Numbered from the stretch's first letter, positions 44,560 through 59,712 are shown. The stretch is 64,000 nucleotides of DNA from Octopus vulgaris (GCA_951406725.2 OX597832.1:24986001-25050000), one strand, 5' to 3'. Notes: generated by a model not told the origin, from the letters alone. Translations and numbers: made by a program.

Positions 44560-45741
44560 GCTATTCACGGCAAAATATGTATATAGGCATTCCTGGGCAT
44601 TTCTGCTGCGAATTTACTTTCAAATAACTTAGCGGTTCGCAGTTTACATCAGCTGTTATTATTTAATTATCTTCTACCATCGTTTGATAAATTATTCCGC
44701 GCATATCCCACCATACACTCAGAAGAATTTTCCTAGGATGCAGGCCATTTCTGGGCTACAGAACTGGCTCTTTACCATGACTAAGCCGCGGACATTTTCT
44801 CCTAACGTTTTGTTAAAGTATCAATTATTCACCTCCAATAATGACTATTAACGAAAAAAAGCATATGCAGTCACGTGGTCGCAATGATGCACAGTATCGA
44901 CACATTGTTTACGATTGTCTGCATAGGGACCATGTGGAATCCATTTTCCAGACTTTCAAACTTTACCAAGCCCTTTCGTGATTTTGAGGCGCAATGGCCC
45001 AGTGGTTAGGGCAGCGGACTCGCGGTCGGAGGATCGTGGTTTCGATTCCCAAACCGGATGTTGTGTGTGCTTATTGAGCGAAAACACCTAAAAGCTCAGG
45101 AAGCTCCGGCAGGGTGTGGTGGCGACCCCTGTTGTACACTTTCGCCCAGACTTTCTCTCTCTCTTCCTGTTTCTTGATTAACGCTGCGATGGACTGGCGT
45201 CCCATCCAGCTGGTGGGGAAACGCATACGCCACAGAAACCGGGAAATGGGGCCCATGAGTCTGGCTAGGCTTGAAAAGAGCGACGGTTTTGGTGGCTTGG
45301 CTTATTTTGAAGCTGGTGCTTAGTACCCGAACTGTAAAAGTCGGTTTTGATACAACGGTAGGTTCCAATACATCAGGATCCAACGCTCTTGGGTGCCTTC
45401 TCTTAATTTATCCTGCAGGCTGTAGGCCCCTTTTCTGCTTCATGAAAACCATCTTCTGCATGTTTTACACTCACTACAGCATCACTATACGCGTTTTGGA
45501 GTGATTTTGCTGGTTCATTTGCATTATTCCCGCTTTGAAATTCATAAAGAATAACGTGACGAAATATGTTCTTTGCTTGGAGAAAACAAGAGACCAATAC
45601 ACCAATTTCAATTATGATGAAATAGAGAAAATCTGAAAATTTAATGAAAGAGAATGATTAATTAAGAATTTCGTTCTATTTCCGATAGAAATGAGAAGTT
45701 GAACAGTTTCAATGTAAAAACAGACCAGAAATTTCGTCATG

Positions 45742-45747
<6 letters not shown>
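44560..45747 (-). mobile_element. mariner transposase pseudogene (5' part with TIR), interrupted by a SINE
   Basis: Minus strand FRHVILYEFQSGNNANE (HTH), MDPDVLEPTVVSKPTFTVRVLS, SGKWIPHG (WVPHEL motif), GLHPRKILLSVWWDMRGII. Terminus taaggtcatgacgaaatttctgg abuts (TA)n. Confidence 0.88.
44986..45282 (+). mobile_element. Chimeric SINE: SINE-C head with a different 3' half
   Basis: First ~190 bp match 26624. Then gctgcgatggactggcgtcccatccag...gaaaccggg...gggcccatgagtctggctaggcttgaaaa. Confidence 0.88.
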
Positions 45748-45787
<40 letters not shown>

Positions 45788-45788
45788 C

Positions 45789-45840
<52 letters not shown>

Positions 45841-45869
45841 GTATACATTCTTTTACTCTTCGATTCATT

Positions 45870-46398
<529 letters not shown>

Positions 46399-46418
46399 AT
46401 ATATACACACACATATAT

Positions 46419-46471
<53 letters not shown>

Positions 46472-46599
46472 CAGAGACAGAGAGTGAGGAATAGATAGAT
46501 AGATAAATGTGTATATCTATCTAACCTTCTCTTTGCCTCTCTCTCTCTCACTATATAATGCACACATACATGTGCGTGCGCTTACATATTTTCTGGATA

Positions 46600-47115
46600 T
46601 AGTATTAAACCTAAACTGTTCTTGACGTCGTAATACAGAAGTTCTAGTGTTTTGGGTAGAGTGGGACCACCTCTAAGCGGCTATTGTTTCCGTGTCTACC
46701 CCCCAGAGTTCCAGCTATGTGTTAATTAGCATGGCATGGAAGAAAAGGCAATCCCAATATCTTACTGTGGCTTAGGATAGGAATAGTCTGGAGAAGTCAA
46801 CTTCGACAGTGAACGAAGTGAAGTCCCTCAGGCAGCCCGATACCCCCTTTGACCTTCTGCCAGCATCAGCAGGGCAGGCAGAGCTCTCTGCCCCTGTATG
46901 ACATTTTACCCAGGAGAAGGTCATTCCTGTGTAAAATTAAAGCTTGGAGGTCACAGCAGCCATTTTACCTCGCTGCGTCACTGTTGTCAGGCAACCAAGT
47001 CTAATGAGTGGAATCATATTGTGCAGACTAACATTCCTTTTTAAAACTACCAAGTACTGGCAGGAGAATAAGCCCTGCAGCACCAAGTATCGGTACACTT
47101 AGTCAGTTGAGGACC
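46600..47115 (+). mobile_element. Possible RTE-type LINE 5'UTR remnant
   Basis: gggcaggcagagctctctgcccctgtatgacattttacccaggagaagg resembles recalled RTE 5' regions; GC-richer than flanks. No ORF support. Confidence 0.35.
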
Positions 47116-47982
47116 TAGATATGTGTGTGTGTGTTTGTGTGTATATATATGCGTATGTGTGTGTGTGTAAGTAATCGTGCTAATACTTTCATTTCCTCCT
47201 GTGCATGTGATTAACTTGTCTAACAAACAAAATGATAGATCAATAAGGAACTGTTGAAAGACTTTCGATGGTCATTTCAAACATGAGATATATGTGGTTG
47301 GACTGCACCTGTTCAAGTGTGATATGTATAATTTGTGGTCAGTTTTAATATCACAAACTTGAATTCGGGGTGTGTTTATTAGAGTCCACTGTGTTAAAAT
47401 CATTTCTATTCTCCGATCTCATCATAAGTTTAACTTATGTCCATTCAATGACCAGTCCCGGGGACGAAAATAGAGAAGTCACTACGGACACTGTCCTTTC
47501 TCTCTTTGATAAAGCCATTAGCAAGAATCTAAGAAAATGCGGACTGGACTCATATAATACACCATCTGCTGTTTATTGCTGATTTAAAATTATATTTTCT
47601 ACTTGAGATTCTCCTCAACATTAGGAAACAGCTTAGAGAAAACATACGACTAACCTCATACACAGGAAATTAACGACTCAAGTGGACCAGCAACTGTACG
47701 TAGAAGCTAGATAAATTCTGTGTAATAATAGCTAATGGGCTATATATGAGAAGAAATCGGTAATGTGTGAAAACTGTGCCAATGAGAATGGGGATTAATT
47801 AAGTTGACGGAACAGTAAAATTATATTGGATAATAAAAATCTAAAATAAAACACATATGGTATGTAAGTAATAATATATGGCTATGGTTATATGCAAAGG
47901 CCACTGAATGTAACGGAATGTCCAGTGTAAGTCTAAAGGTGGCGAAATTATTGATTAAAGTTGCTAGTTATTAATGCTACGA

Positions 47983-48660
47983 AGGCGGTGAGCTGGCAGA
48001 AACGTTAGCACGCCCGGCGAGATGCTCAGCAGTATTTCGTCTGCCGTTGCGTTCTGAGTTCAAATTCCGCCGAGGTTGACTTTGCCTTTCATCCTTTCGG
48101 GGTCGATAAATTAAGTACCAGTTACGCACTGGGGTCGATATAATCGACTTAATCCGTTTGTCTGTCCTTGTTTGTCCCCTCTGTGTTTAGCCTCTTGTGG
48201 GTTGTAAAGAAATAGGTATTTCGTCTGCCGCTACGTTCTGAGTTCAAATTACGCCGAGGTCGACTTTGCTTTTTATCCTTTCGGGGTCGATAAATTAAGT
48301 ACCAGTTACGCACTGCGGTTGATATAATCGACTTAACCCGTTTGTCTGTCCTTGTTTGTCCTCTCTGTGTTTAGCCCCTTGTGGGTAGTAGAAAAAACAG
48401 GTATTTCTTCTGCCGCTACGCTCTGAGTTCAAATTCCGCAGCGGTCGACTTTGCCTCACATCCTTTCGGGGTCGATAAATTAAGAACCAGTTACGCACTG
48501 GGGTTGATCTAATCGACTTAATCCGTTTATCTTTCCTCTCTGTATTTTTTCCCTTGTGGGTAGTAAAGAAATAAGTATTTTGTCTGCCGTTACGTTTGAG
48601 TTCAAATTCCGACGGGGTCAACTTTACATTTCATCCTTTCGGGGTCGATTAAATAAGTAC
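47983..48660 (+). mobile_element. SINE-B tandem tetramer (one head)
   Basis: Head ggcggtgagctggcagaaacgttagcacg, then ~185-bp bodies joined at gaaataggtatttcgtc (~48210, ~48400, ~48570). Confidence 0.93.
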
Positions 48661-48892
48661 CTATTTCTTTATTACCCACAAGGGGCTAAACACAGAGGGG
48701 ACAAACATGGACAGACATAGGTATTAAGTCGATTACATCGACCCCAGTGCGTAAGTGGTACTTAATTTATCGACCCCGAAAGGATGAAAGGCAAAGTCGA
48801 CCTCGGCGGAATTTGAACTCACAACGTAACGCAGACGAAATACCGCAAAGCATTTCGCCCGGCGTGCTAACGTTTCTGCCAGCTCGCCGCCT
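48658..48892 (-). mobile_element. SINE-B monomer inserted antisense into the last array unit
   Basis: Host sequence aagtacc|agttacgcac is split; agtacc is repeated on both sides. Confidence 0.9.
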
Positions 48893-49134
48893 TACGTGAG
48901 TACCAGTTACGCACTGATGTCGATGTGATCGATTTAACCTTCCTTCAAACCTGCTGGCTTTGCGCCAAAATTTGAAAGTAATGCTATGTACAATCCTGCT
49001 ACGTAATATTGGCGGTTTTCATCAGAAGAGCGAGACAAGGCGTTAGTCTCTTTGCAATCGCTTGAACCGTTAAAAGTTGCAGTCAAATTTCCTTCAAATA
49101 TTAATTAAAACGTACGACAAAATACTCCAGATAA

Positions 49135-49672
49135 TCGGGCAGGCAAGGCAGTTTTCCTTTGACTGGTGGCTGTTGCGAAAGCGGTTGTTTGGTGGACAGG
49201 GCTGAAACGCATGAGGACAGGTATATTCCTCTTTGGCAGAGCTCTCATTGATTTCAAGTTTCACTTGAGAAGGAAATTGAGAGTGGAGAGTGAAGTCCTG
49301 TCCTCGAGTAAGTTTATCGAAAGGGGGATGAAAACTGCGAAAATAGCAAGAGTAGATGGTACCTCTCTGAATGTAGACCTATGAGTTGAAGAGAAGGAAT
49401 TGGAGAGGGCATTTGCTCATAGGGTATCAGTGGGGTTCATCGATTATCCTGAGAGGTGTTCTTGTATCAGGAGAGTCACATCTCTATAACCTCCCCCCCC
49501 AGCATTTTTCTTTCTTTTCTTTTGTACCTTTGTATGCTATGCATATGTCTCTTATCCGGTGTGTATACAGTTTATTTTTGTATCATTTCCTTATAACATA
49601 TAAACCCCCAATCTTTACGTCTGTCTCTGTATTGTCTCCCTCATCTTTCGTCCTTGTGGCAAATGAATGGAA
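49135..49672 (+). mobile_element. Tx1/L1-like LINE 3' end (ORF2 C-terminus plus 3'UTR)
   Basis: VAVAKAVVWWTGLK...FKFHLRRKLRVESEVLSSSKFIERG..* resembles Tx1-type K..(I/V)W..R ... F..RW termini. T-rich UTR ends gtccttgtggcaaatgaatggaat plus (ATT)n. Confidence 0.6.
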
Positions 49673-50030
49673 TCATTATTATTATTACTATCATTGTTAT
49701 TGTCTTTGCACAGCTTCTAACAGAGGAGATGTACTACGATGTTAGCTGTTCACTACCAGAGAACTAAGAGAACACCCCTTATATTTCAAGCAATTTCTGG
49801 AGTATTCGAGCGGTTCCAAGCAGTGCTGTTTTCTGCAAGAGCTCCACCCTTATCCTTATTGCAGCCCCTATTTGTTCGAGGTACTTCTCGAGATTTTTAC
49901 ACACTGTTCCCAGGGCTCCGACAATTATTGATACCACTACCACCGTTTTCATCGACCACAACTGCTTTACCTCCCAAGCTAACCTGTCATACCTATCAAC
50001 TTTTCTTTCTTCCTTATGTCTAATATTATT
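49672..50030 (-). mobile_element. R4/Dong-clade LINE 3' end with (TAA)n tail
   Basis: KEERKVDRYDRLAWEVKQLWSMKTVVVVSIIVGALGTVCKNLEKYLEQIG...LLQKTALLGTARILQKLLE*, a classic RLE C-terminus. Confidence 0.92.
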
Positions 50031-50289
50031 GTTTATTATTAGTATCATTAGTATTAGTAGAAGTAGTTGCAGTGGCAGCGGCGGCAGCAGCAGCAGCGAT
50101 TAAGCACTAAATTAGAAATAAGTTTATGGAGAGAGAGCATTGAAAAAGCAATCTGAATAACGAAGATGAAAGATAAAATGACGACGGGAGATTTTAAATG
50201 AGGATGGGAAATGTGAGGGGGTCGGGGGCGGCAGTGGCAGTCGGAGGATGATGATGAGGGTGAGGAGGAGTAGGATAGAAGAGAAGGTG

Positions 50290-51240
50290 AGGGATGATGA
50301 TGATGATGACGATGACGATGATGAAGTGGATGATAATGATGAACAAAAAAAAGTGATGGTGGTGCTAATGATGATGATGATGGTCATGATGATGATGAAG
50401 ACGAGGTGGAGGTGGATGAGGATGTAAGTAGTGCTGATAATGACGATGATAATAATAATAATGATGATGCTAATGATGATGATATTGACGAAGATGATGA
50501 CGATGACGAGAACGATGGTTGTAGTGGTGATAATAGGGGTAGTGGTGGTGGTGATGACGATAGTTGGTGGCGGTAGTGGTGGTGGTGGTGTTGGTGATTA
50601 TGATGATGATGATGACAACAACGATGACTGGTGGGTGGTGGTGGTGATGATGATAACGACGGCTGATGGTGGTGGTGGTGATGATGATGATGGTGGTTGG
50701 TGGTGGTGATGATGATGATGATGATGGTTGGTGGTAGTGGTAGTGGTGGTGGTGGTGGTGGTGATGTTGACGATGGTTGGTGGTGGTGGTGATGATGATG
50801 ACGATGGTTGGTGGTAGTGGTGGTGGTGGTGGTGGTGATGATGACGATGGTTGGTGGTGGTGGTGGTGATGATGATGATGACGATGGCTGGTGGTGGTGG
50901 TGGTGGTGATGATGATGGTTGGTGGTAGTGGTAGTGGTGGTGGTGGTGATGATGACGATGGTTGGTGGTGGTGGTAGTGGTGGTGGTGATGATGATGACC
51001 ATGGTTGGTGGTGGTGGTGATGATGACGATGACGATCGCTGGTGGTGGTGGTGGTGATGGTAGTGGTGGTGATGGTGGTGGTGGTTGGATGGTGGTGGTG
51101 GTGGTGGTGGTGGTGGTGATGGTGATGATGATGGTTGGTGGTTGTGATGATCATGACGATGGCTTGGGGTGGTGGTGGTGGTGATGATGATGGCGATGAC
51201 GATGGCTAGTGGTGGTAGTGGAGGTGGTGGTGGTGCTGAT
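50290..51240. repeat. Compound (GAT)n/(GGT)n repeat with higher-order unit
   Basis: Recurring cassette gatgatgacgatggttggtggtggtggtggt, about 10 times. Confidence 0.92.
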
Positions 51241-51461
51241 AAACTTTCCTTTCAACATTCCGGGTTCGATAAATTATACATAAATCACCAAATAATAGAA
51301 TTACAATTATTGTCTGATTCTTTGTCTCTTAGCAATCGTAGAAACTATTCCATTTCTTCTTCCTCTTCTTCTCCTTCTTCTTCTCCTTCTCCTTCTCCTT
51401 GTCCTTCTTCCTCTTTGACTCGTTTTCTCCCTTCTCTTCTATTTCTCTTCCTTCGTCTTAT

Positions 51462-51513
<52 letters not shown>

Positions 51514-51639
51514 GGTGGTGGTGATGGTGGTGGTGGTAGTAGTACCATTGGTGGTAATAGTAGTGGTAGTAGTATGAACACTTCTAATAATAGTTATATT
51601 GTCCTGTACTATTTTCGATCTGTTAAAACCTTAGGTGAT

Positions 51640-51793
51640 TATTATTATTATTATCATTATTTTTATTTTTATAGTGTGTTTTCACTTCACTACCGAGCGC
51701 AGCTCTGTGTGCCTTGGGTATGTGCTGTGATTTGTTGTGATGCTCTGATGGTTACTGTATTGAAAGTGTTCTGCGTAGGATGTGTGCAGTGCC
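51640..51793 (-). mobile_element. Third R4/Dong-type 3' end embedded in (TAA)n
   Basis: Minus strand ggcactgcacacatcctacgcagaacactttcaatacagtaa = GTAHILRRTLSIQ*, then a short UTR and a TAA tail. Confidence 0.75.
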
Positions 51794-52370
<577 letters not shown>

Positions 52371-52563
52371 GAGTGAGAGAACAGCACACGCCATCAAAAT
52401 GACGCTGGGGTACAAATATTGATTATTATTATTGTTTGTATTATTATTATTATTATTGTTACTGTTGCTGTTGTTGTTGTTGTTGTTGTTATTATTATTA
52501 TTCAGAAATAGACTATGTAGAAATATACAAATGATAAAGAAAACGCGAAGAACCAGAGAAGTT

Positions 52564-52624
<61 letters not shown>

Positions 52625-53068
52625 AAGAAGAAGAAAAAGATGAGAAGAAGAACGGAGGCAAGCGTGCAAAAGCGGTGGGTGGGCTGCAACGACAAGACGG
52701 TCAGAGTTGATGTCAATAATAAGTCACTTAACTTATTTGGACCAATCGTAACGCAACACGTCATCAAGTGCAACTTCTGGTAACTTTGTCTGCTTGTTTG
52801 CATTCCTCCATTAAAAACTTATTTCAACGACCGTTGCTACACACGCACGTTTGCACACTTCCTCGTGCACACACGCTCTCTCAAGAATGCAAACACACAC
52901 ATAGGCGCATATACACATGGGCATATATACACATAGGCACATATGAACTTCGACAAATATACGCAGACACGCTGTTGTATTTATTACGTATCTGCATGTC
53001 TGAGAAGAAGCGTAGTTATACGTTCGCCTACAAACGTACATGTGATTACATGCTCCTGTGTGTGCGTG

Positions 53069-53107
<39 letters not shown>

Positions 53108-53246
53108 ACACATATATATATATATATGTATATATATATATGTATATATATATATATGTATATATATATGTGTATATATATATATATGTATATATATATT
53201 TATGTATATATATATGTATATATATATATATACATATACATATGTG

Positions 53247-53277
<31 letters not shown>

Positions 53278-53972
53278 GTATGTATGTATGTATGTATGCA
53301 TGTATGTATGTATGTATGTCATTCTGTGTGTATTGAAGGAGAATGTCTGCAAGAGAAGAGACAGGAGAATTTTCGAAATGGACGTGGAGGAGAAGAAGGA
53401 GGAAGTAGTCGACCAAAGTAGGGTTGTGGGCTGGGGTGGGGAGAAGACGAAGATGGCCGCTGGAAACGAAATTACGGAAAAATATACGTCGGGTCAAACA
53501 TACGTGTACGTTAATATACAATAAAGCGCATGTAAATACGTCATAAATACGTAAACACTCACACACATACACACATACACACGGACACACAGACACATTG
53601 TTGACGTTCACTTATTCTATTCAACAATATATATGTGCGTGCGTGAGAGTGTGTGTGCATGCGTACACACATCATCTTCGCCACCGTATCTTTTATCTTT
53701 TATTTGTTTCAGACATCAGACTGTGGCCATGCTGGGGCACCGCCTTGTGAAATTTTCGTCCGGCGAATCGGCCCCAGGACTTTCTTTCTTTTTAAGCCTA
53801 TCAAATATTCTATCGATCTAATTTGCTGAAGCGCTAGCTGGATAAGCCAACACCGGTTGTCAAGCGGTTGTAAGGGACAAACACACATATACACACACAT
53901 ACACACAAACACACACAAAAACACACACAAAATACACACAAACGTACACGCACATATATACACATATATATT

Positions 53973-54204
53973 TACAGTAATACCTCGACTATCGCGGGTA
54001 TTAAGTTCCAACACCCTTTCTCCGCGATAGGTAAAGATCCGTGAAGTAGAAACAGTACTGTACTGTATATTATTTTTCATTATTTTTATACTTTTTTATA
54101 TATTTATTTATTTAATTATAAATGCAAAACAACACAACAGAGGAATCGATGTCAGTTTAAATAATAAACCGCGATAGGTGAACCACGATATGACGAGAGA
54201 TATT

Positions 54205-54208
<4 letters not shown>
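53973..54208. mobile_element. Tigger/pogo-like MITE
   Basis: TIR tacagtaatacctcgactatcgcgg ... ccacgatatgacgagagatattggta (degenerate), internal repeat ccgcgataggt, TA flanks. Confidence 0.72.
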
Positions 54209-54281
<73 letters not shown>

Positions 54282-54330
54282 CATATATATACATACATAC
54301 ATATATATATACATATACCTATATATATAC

Positions 54331-54508
<178 letters not shown>

Positions 54509-54759
54509 GGATAGATATATATACTTATCTGTATACAGCATATTTATACACATACGCGCACACGCACACAAAACCAAATACTCATGTATAAACAAAGATA
54601 AAAATCAGATAAAAATACGCACATTTATATATGAGCAGACAAATACATACATACATGTGTGTGTATGTGTTTGTGTGTGTGCGTATGTCTGTTTATATGT
54701 ATACACACAGAGACACACATACCTGTACATATAAAACATTTTATGCACTACACTCTGTT

Positions 54760-55239
54760 ATCTTTTCATTGATTAGGTCATTCGACAGCGGCCATGCTGG
54801 AGCATCGACTAGAAGAATTATCAATACCAGTACTAATCAATATTGTACTTAATTTTTTAATTTTTTTATATAGTTTGGTACTTATTCAATCTATTTCTGT
54901 TTTTCCGTATACCGACGATAAGTCTCAGGGATGCTTACAAACTAACACCGGGTATCAAGCGACAGTGGGCAACAAATGGAGACACAAAGACACGCATCGG
55001 TTTTTTAATCTTTTTTCTTTTAACTTTTATCTTGTTTCAGTCATTAGGCAGCGGCCATACTGGAGCACCCACTTCAATTTTTTTAGTCAAATGAATCTAC
55101 CTTAGTACTTATTGTTTAAACCTGGTCCTTATTTTATTGGTCTCTTTTGCCGAACCGCAAAGTTATGGGGACGTAAACACACCAACATCAGTTGTCAAGC
55201 GGTAATGGTGGGGGAAAACCATAGACAGAAAGACATACG

Positions 55240-55322
<83 letters not shown>

Positions 55323-55490
55323 ACATATACTTATACGACGGGCTTCTTTCAGTTTCCGTCTGCCAAATCCACTCATAAAGCTTTGGTAGACCCGAGACTA
55401 TTGTAGAAGACCATGGTGCCACGCAGTAGGACTGAACGCAGAACCATGTGGTTAACAAACAAGCTTCTTACCACATACACAGGCATACAC
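54760..55490 (-). mobile_element. Two adjacent degenerate SINE-A copies
   Basis: ggccatgctggagc at ~54790. A second copy at ~55025-55485 includes ttatacgacgggcttctttcagtttccgtc. Confidence 0.82.
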
Positions 55491-56070
55491 GTACAGATAT
55501 ACATATACAAATACATAGATACACATATACACATACACTTATACACACTTATACGTATATAAATATTTTGTGTATACAAATCTATATCTATGTGTGTGTG
55601 TCGGTGTCTGTGTATCTGAGGTGTGTGTACGTGTATGTGTGCATATCTGAGGTGAGTGTACGTGCATGTGTATATATATATATAGAATTTGTGCTTGTGT
55701 ATATATGAGAGGTGTGTGGGAACGTGATTATAGATAAACACATATATAATTGAAAATCTACACACACATACACACAAGATCACAAGCGCACACACACGGT
55801 CATTTACATCCATTTGCACATGAACAGCTTGCTCCGCAGACGCTTGTGATATTTACCCTGGAACATTTCGTGCTGGTAGTGAGATGTTACCAATGAAAAT
55901 GGTATTGAGCCTCTGCAATACGCGAATTTTATAAAGTTTCTTTCAAAAATCCTTGGAATCAATAGTTCTGATGGCACCTTAATTGGTAACTCAGGTCAGC
56001 AAATGACAGATTATAGAATACACACACACACACATACACATATAAGCATGTATGTGTATATGTATATATT

Positions 56071-56108
<38 letters not shown>

Positions 56109-56115
56109 CGTATGT

Positions 56116-56160
<45 letters not shown>

Positions 56161-56869
56161 CAAATACATTTATATATATGTATGTATATATGTAAATATA
56201 CATGTATATATCTATATCTATATAAGTGTGTATATATATATGTATATATTTATACATATATATATACATATATGTACGTATGTATGTAAGTATCTATATA
56301 CCGCTGGACGTGGATAGCTGGCAGTGCGTTTAATTTATATTTTATACATACATAGTTTGGCACTATATTTTACAGGTGCATGAGAATTTAAATTGTTGAT
56401 ATATTGGGTTTTTCCACTTTAAATTTTATATTTCTTTTTTCTGTACAGCGGGTAGACGTAGTATTTTCTGTTACATGCATTTATAAATTGTATGTAGGCG
56501 TATACACACACACACATATATATATATATGCCTTAAATAAAAGTTGTTGCAAAAACACACTTGATACAGTTAAACATTTTAAAGAATATATTTCTTAAAA
56601 TAGAGAAGATTTTTAAAAGTTCTAAAGACAACGTAAGAGAATGACACGAATGTGTACACACATGCACACAGACACACAGACAGACACACGCACACACAAA
56701 CAAAATATATATACATAAATATATGTCTGTATGTTTGTATAACTTTGCGGCTGGAATTGCACACATATTCGCCGGCTGTGGATGTGTTCGCGCACATGTG
56801 TATTAATATATACACACACACATATATCCATGTATATAAACATTCGTTTTCCTTCCAATGCGCATTTGA

Positions 56870-56947
<78 letters not shown>

Positions 56948-57209
56948 TATTACACTGTGTGTGTCAGTGTACGTGCGTGTTCGCGTGTATGCCGATAAAA
57001 TTGAAAACTTTAATTTTTTTTTCCATTCTAAGAATATAAACAACGAAAACTATCTGAAACATATAAACAAAAATTCAAATGTAGAATCGGATATTATATC
57101 TAATATAATTCTATAGACAGTGACGTCGAAGTTTCGCCATTCTATGGTTTCTCCACGTGTTGAATACGTTATACAACCAACGAAATATTCTTCAATATCG
57201 AAATATATA

Positions 57210-57255
<46 letters not shown>

Positions 57256-57459
57256 TTATGCATGTATATATATATGTATACATATATGTATATAAATGTA
57301 TGTATATATTTTTTTGTATATATTTATATATATGTATGCATATATATACATATGTAAGCATATATATATATATGTGTATATATATATATATATGTATGCA
57401 TATATATATACATATATATACACATATTCATGCATATATATGTATATACATATACATAC

Positions 57460-57516
<57 letters not shown>

Positions 57517-57987
57517 TACATACCCTTATATGCGTACATAGATATGAAGAGAATGCGTGGTGTACAAATTGTAACCAAAACAACAGCCGCCATCACCACT
57601 ACCACCAACACCACAACCTCAGCCCTTGCAACAACAGCAACATAACAACTGTAAACACCAATCTTAAACCACACAAGCAACTGCCATCCGAATTGGAAAT
57701 GATATCAATCTGCCTATTAGCGATGATCGATAATCGATTACGGGACGACAACGTTGACAGCAATGACAGCGGTAATAGTAAGAGTAAGGAAGAACGATTA
57801 ATCGTCGTTAAATGGCGCTAATAACGACAGGACTAACACGACCACCACCACGAACAACAACGACAACAACAGCAACTACAGCCATAGCAATAATAACAAG
57901 AACAACAACCACAAGAATAACAGTGACAACAACAGTAACACCAACAACCACAACAACAATAACAACCACAACAATAACAGCAACCAT

Positions 57988-58041
<54 letters not shown>

Positions 58042-58069
58042 CACTACTACTAATCTTTACTCATTTTTC

Positions 58070-58420
58070 TCTTTTTACTTGTTTCAATCATTTGACTGCG
58101 GCCATGCTGGAGCACCGCTTTCATAGTCGAGCAAATCGACCCCAGAGCTTATTCTTTGTAAGCCTAGTGCTTATTCTATCGGTCTCTTTTGCCGAACCGC
58201 TAAGTTACGAGGACGTAAACACACCAGCATCGGTTGTCAAGTGACGCGGGGGGGGGGCAAACAGACGCACAAACATATACACACGCATATGCATATACGG
58301 TGGGCTTCTTCCAGTTTCCATCTACCAAATCCACTGACAAGGCTTTGGTCGACCCGAGGGACTGAACCCAGGACCATGTGGTTGATAAGCAAGTTACTTA
58401 CCAAACAGCCACTCCTGCGC
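58070..58420 (-). mobile_element. SINE-A with internal deletion
   Basis: ttttacttgtttcaatcatttgactgcggcc...cagccactcctgcgc. A degenerate opposite-strand piece follows at ~58575-58745. Confidence 0.9.
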
Positions 58421-58438
58421 GTACTACTACTGCTGCTG

Positions 58439-58480
<42 letters not shown>

Positions 58481-58484
58481 ACAA

Positions 58485-58534
<50 letters not shown>

Positions 58535-58764
58535 ATTCTATTACCACATTCCCATACCACCACCTCTCAAGCGGTGTTGATTTGTTTAAGACCCGTAACT
58601 TAGCAGTTCGCCAAAATTCACGGATAGAATAAGTATTTATCTTAAAAAGGGGGTTAAGAAAAGGAGAGGCAATGGGTTGGACTTGTTTGACTAAAATCAG
58701 CGAAGCGGAACGCCAAAATGGCTCCGCGATAAGTGACTGAAACAAAAAACACACATAACACCAA

Positions 58765-59410
<646 letters not shown>

Positions 59411-59419
59411 ATTCATAAT

Positions 59420-59712
59420 CAATTCTACTATAGGCACAGGTCCTGCAATTCGGGGAGAGAGGGTAGGTCGATTGCACAGACCCCAGTGTTTCCAGTCCTT
59501 TTTACTAAAGGCACATTGCCTAAAATGTTGCTGGTGGGGATAGTCGATTACAGCGACCCCATGGCGTACAGGTACCTATTTCATCTACCCCGAAAGGATG
59601 AAAGGCAAAGTCGACCTGGAACTGGGTGATATTTGAACTCAGAACGTAATGACTGACGAAATGCCACTAAGCATTTCGCCCGGCGTGCTAACGTTTCTGC
59701 CAGCTCGCCACT
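59420..59712 (-). mobile_element. SINE-B variant copies
   Basis: cccgaaaggatgaaaggcaaagtcgacct...gcatttcgcccggcgtgctaacgtttctgccagctcgcc. Confidence 0.82.
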
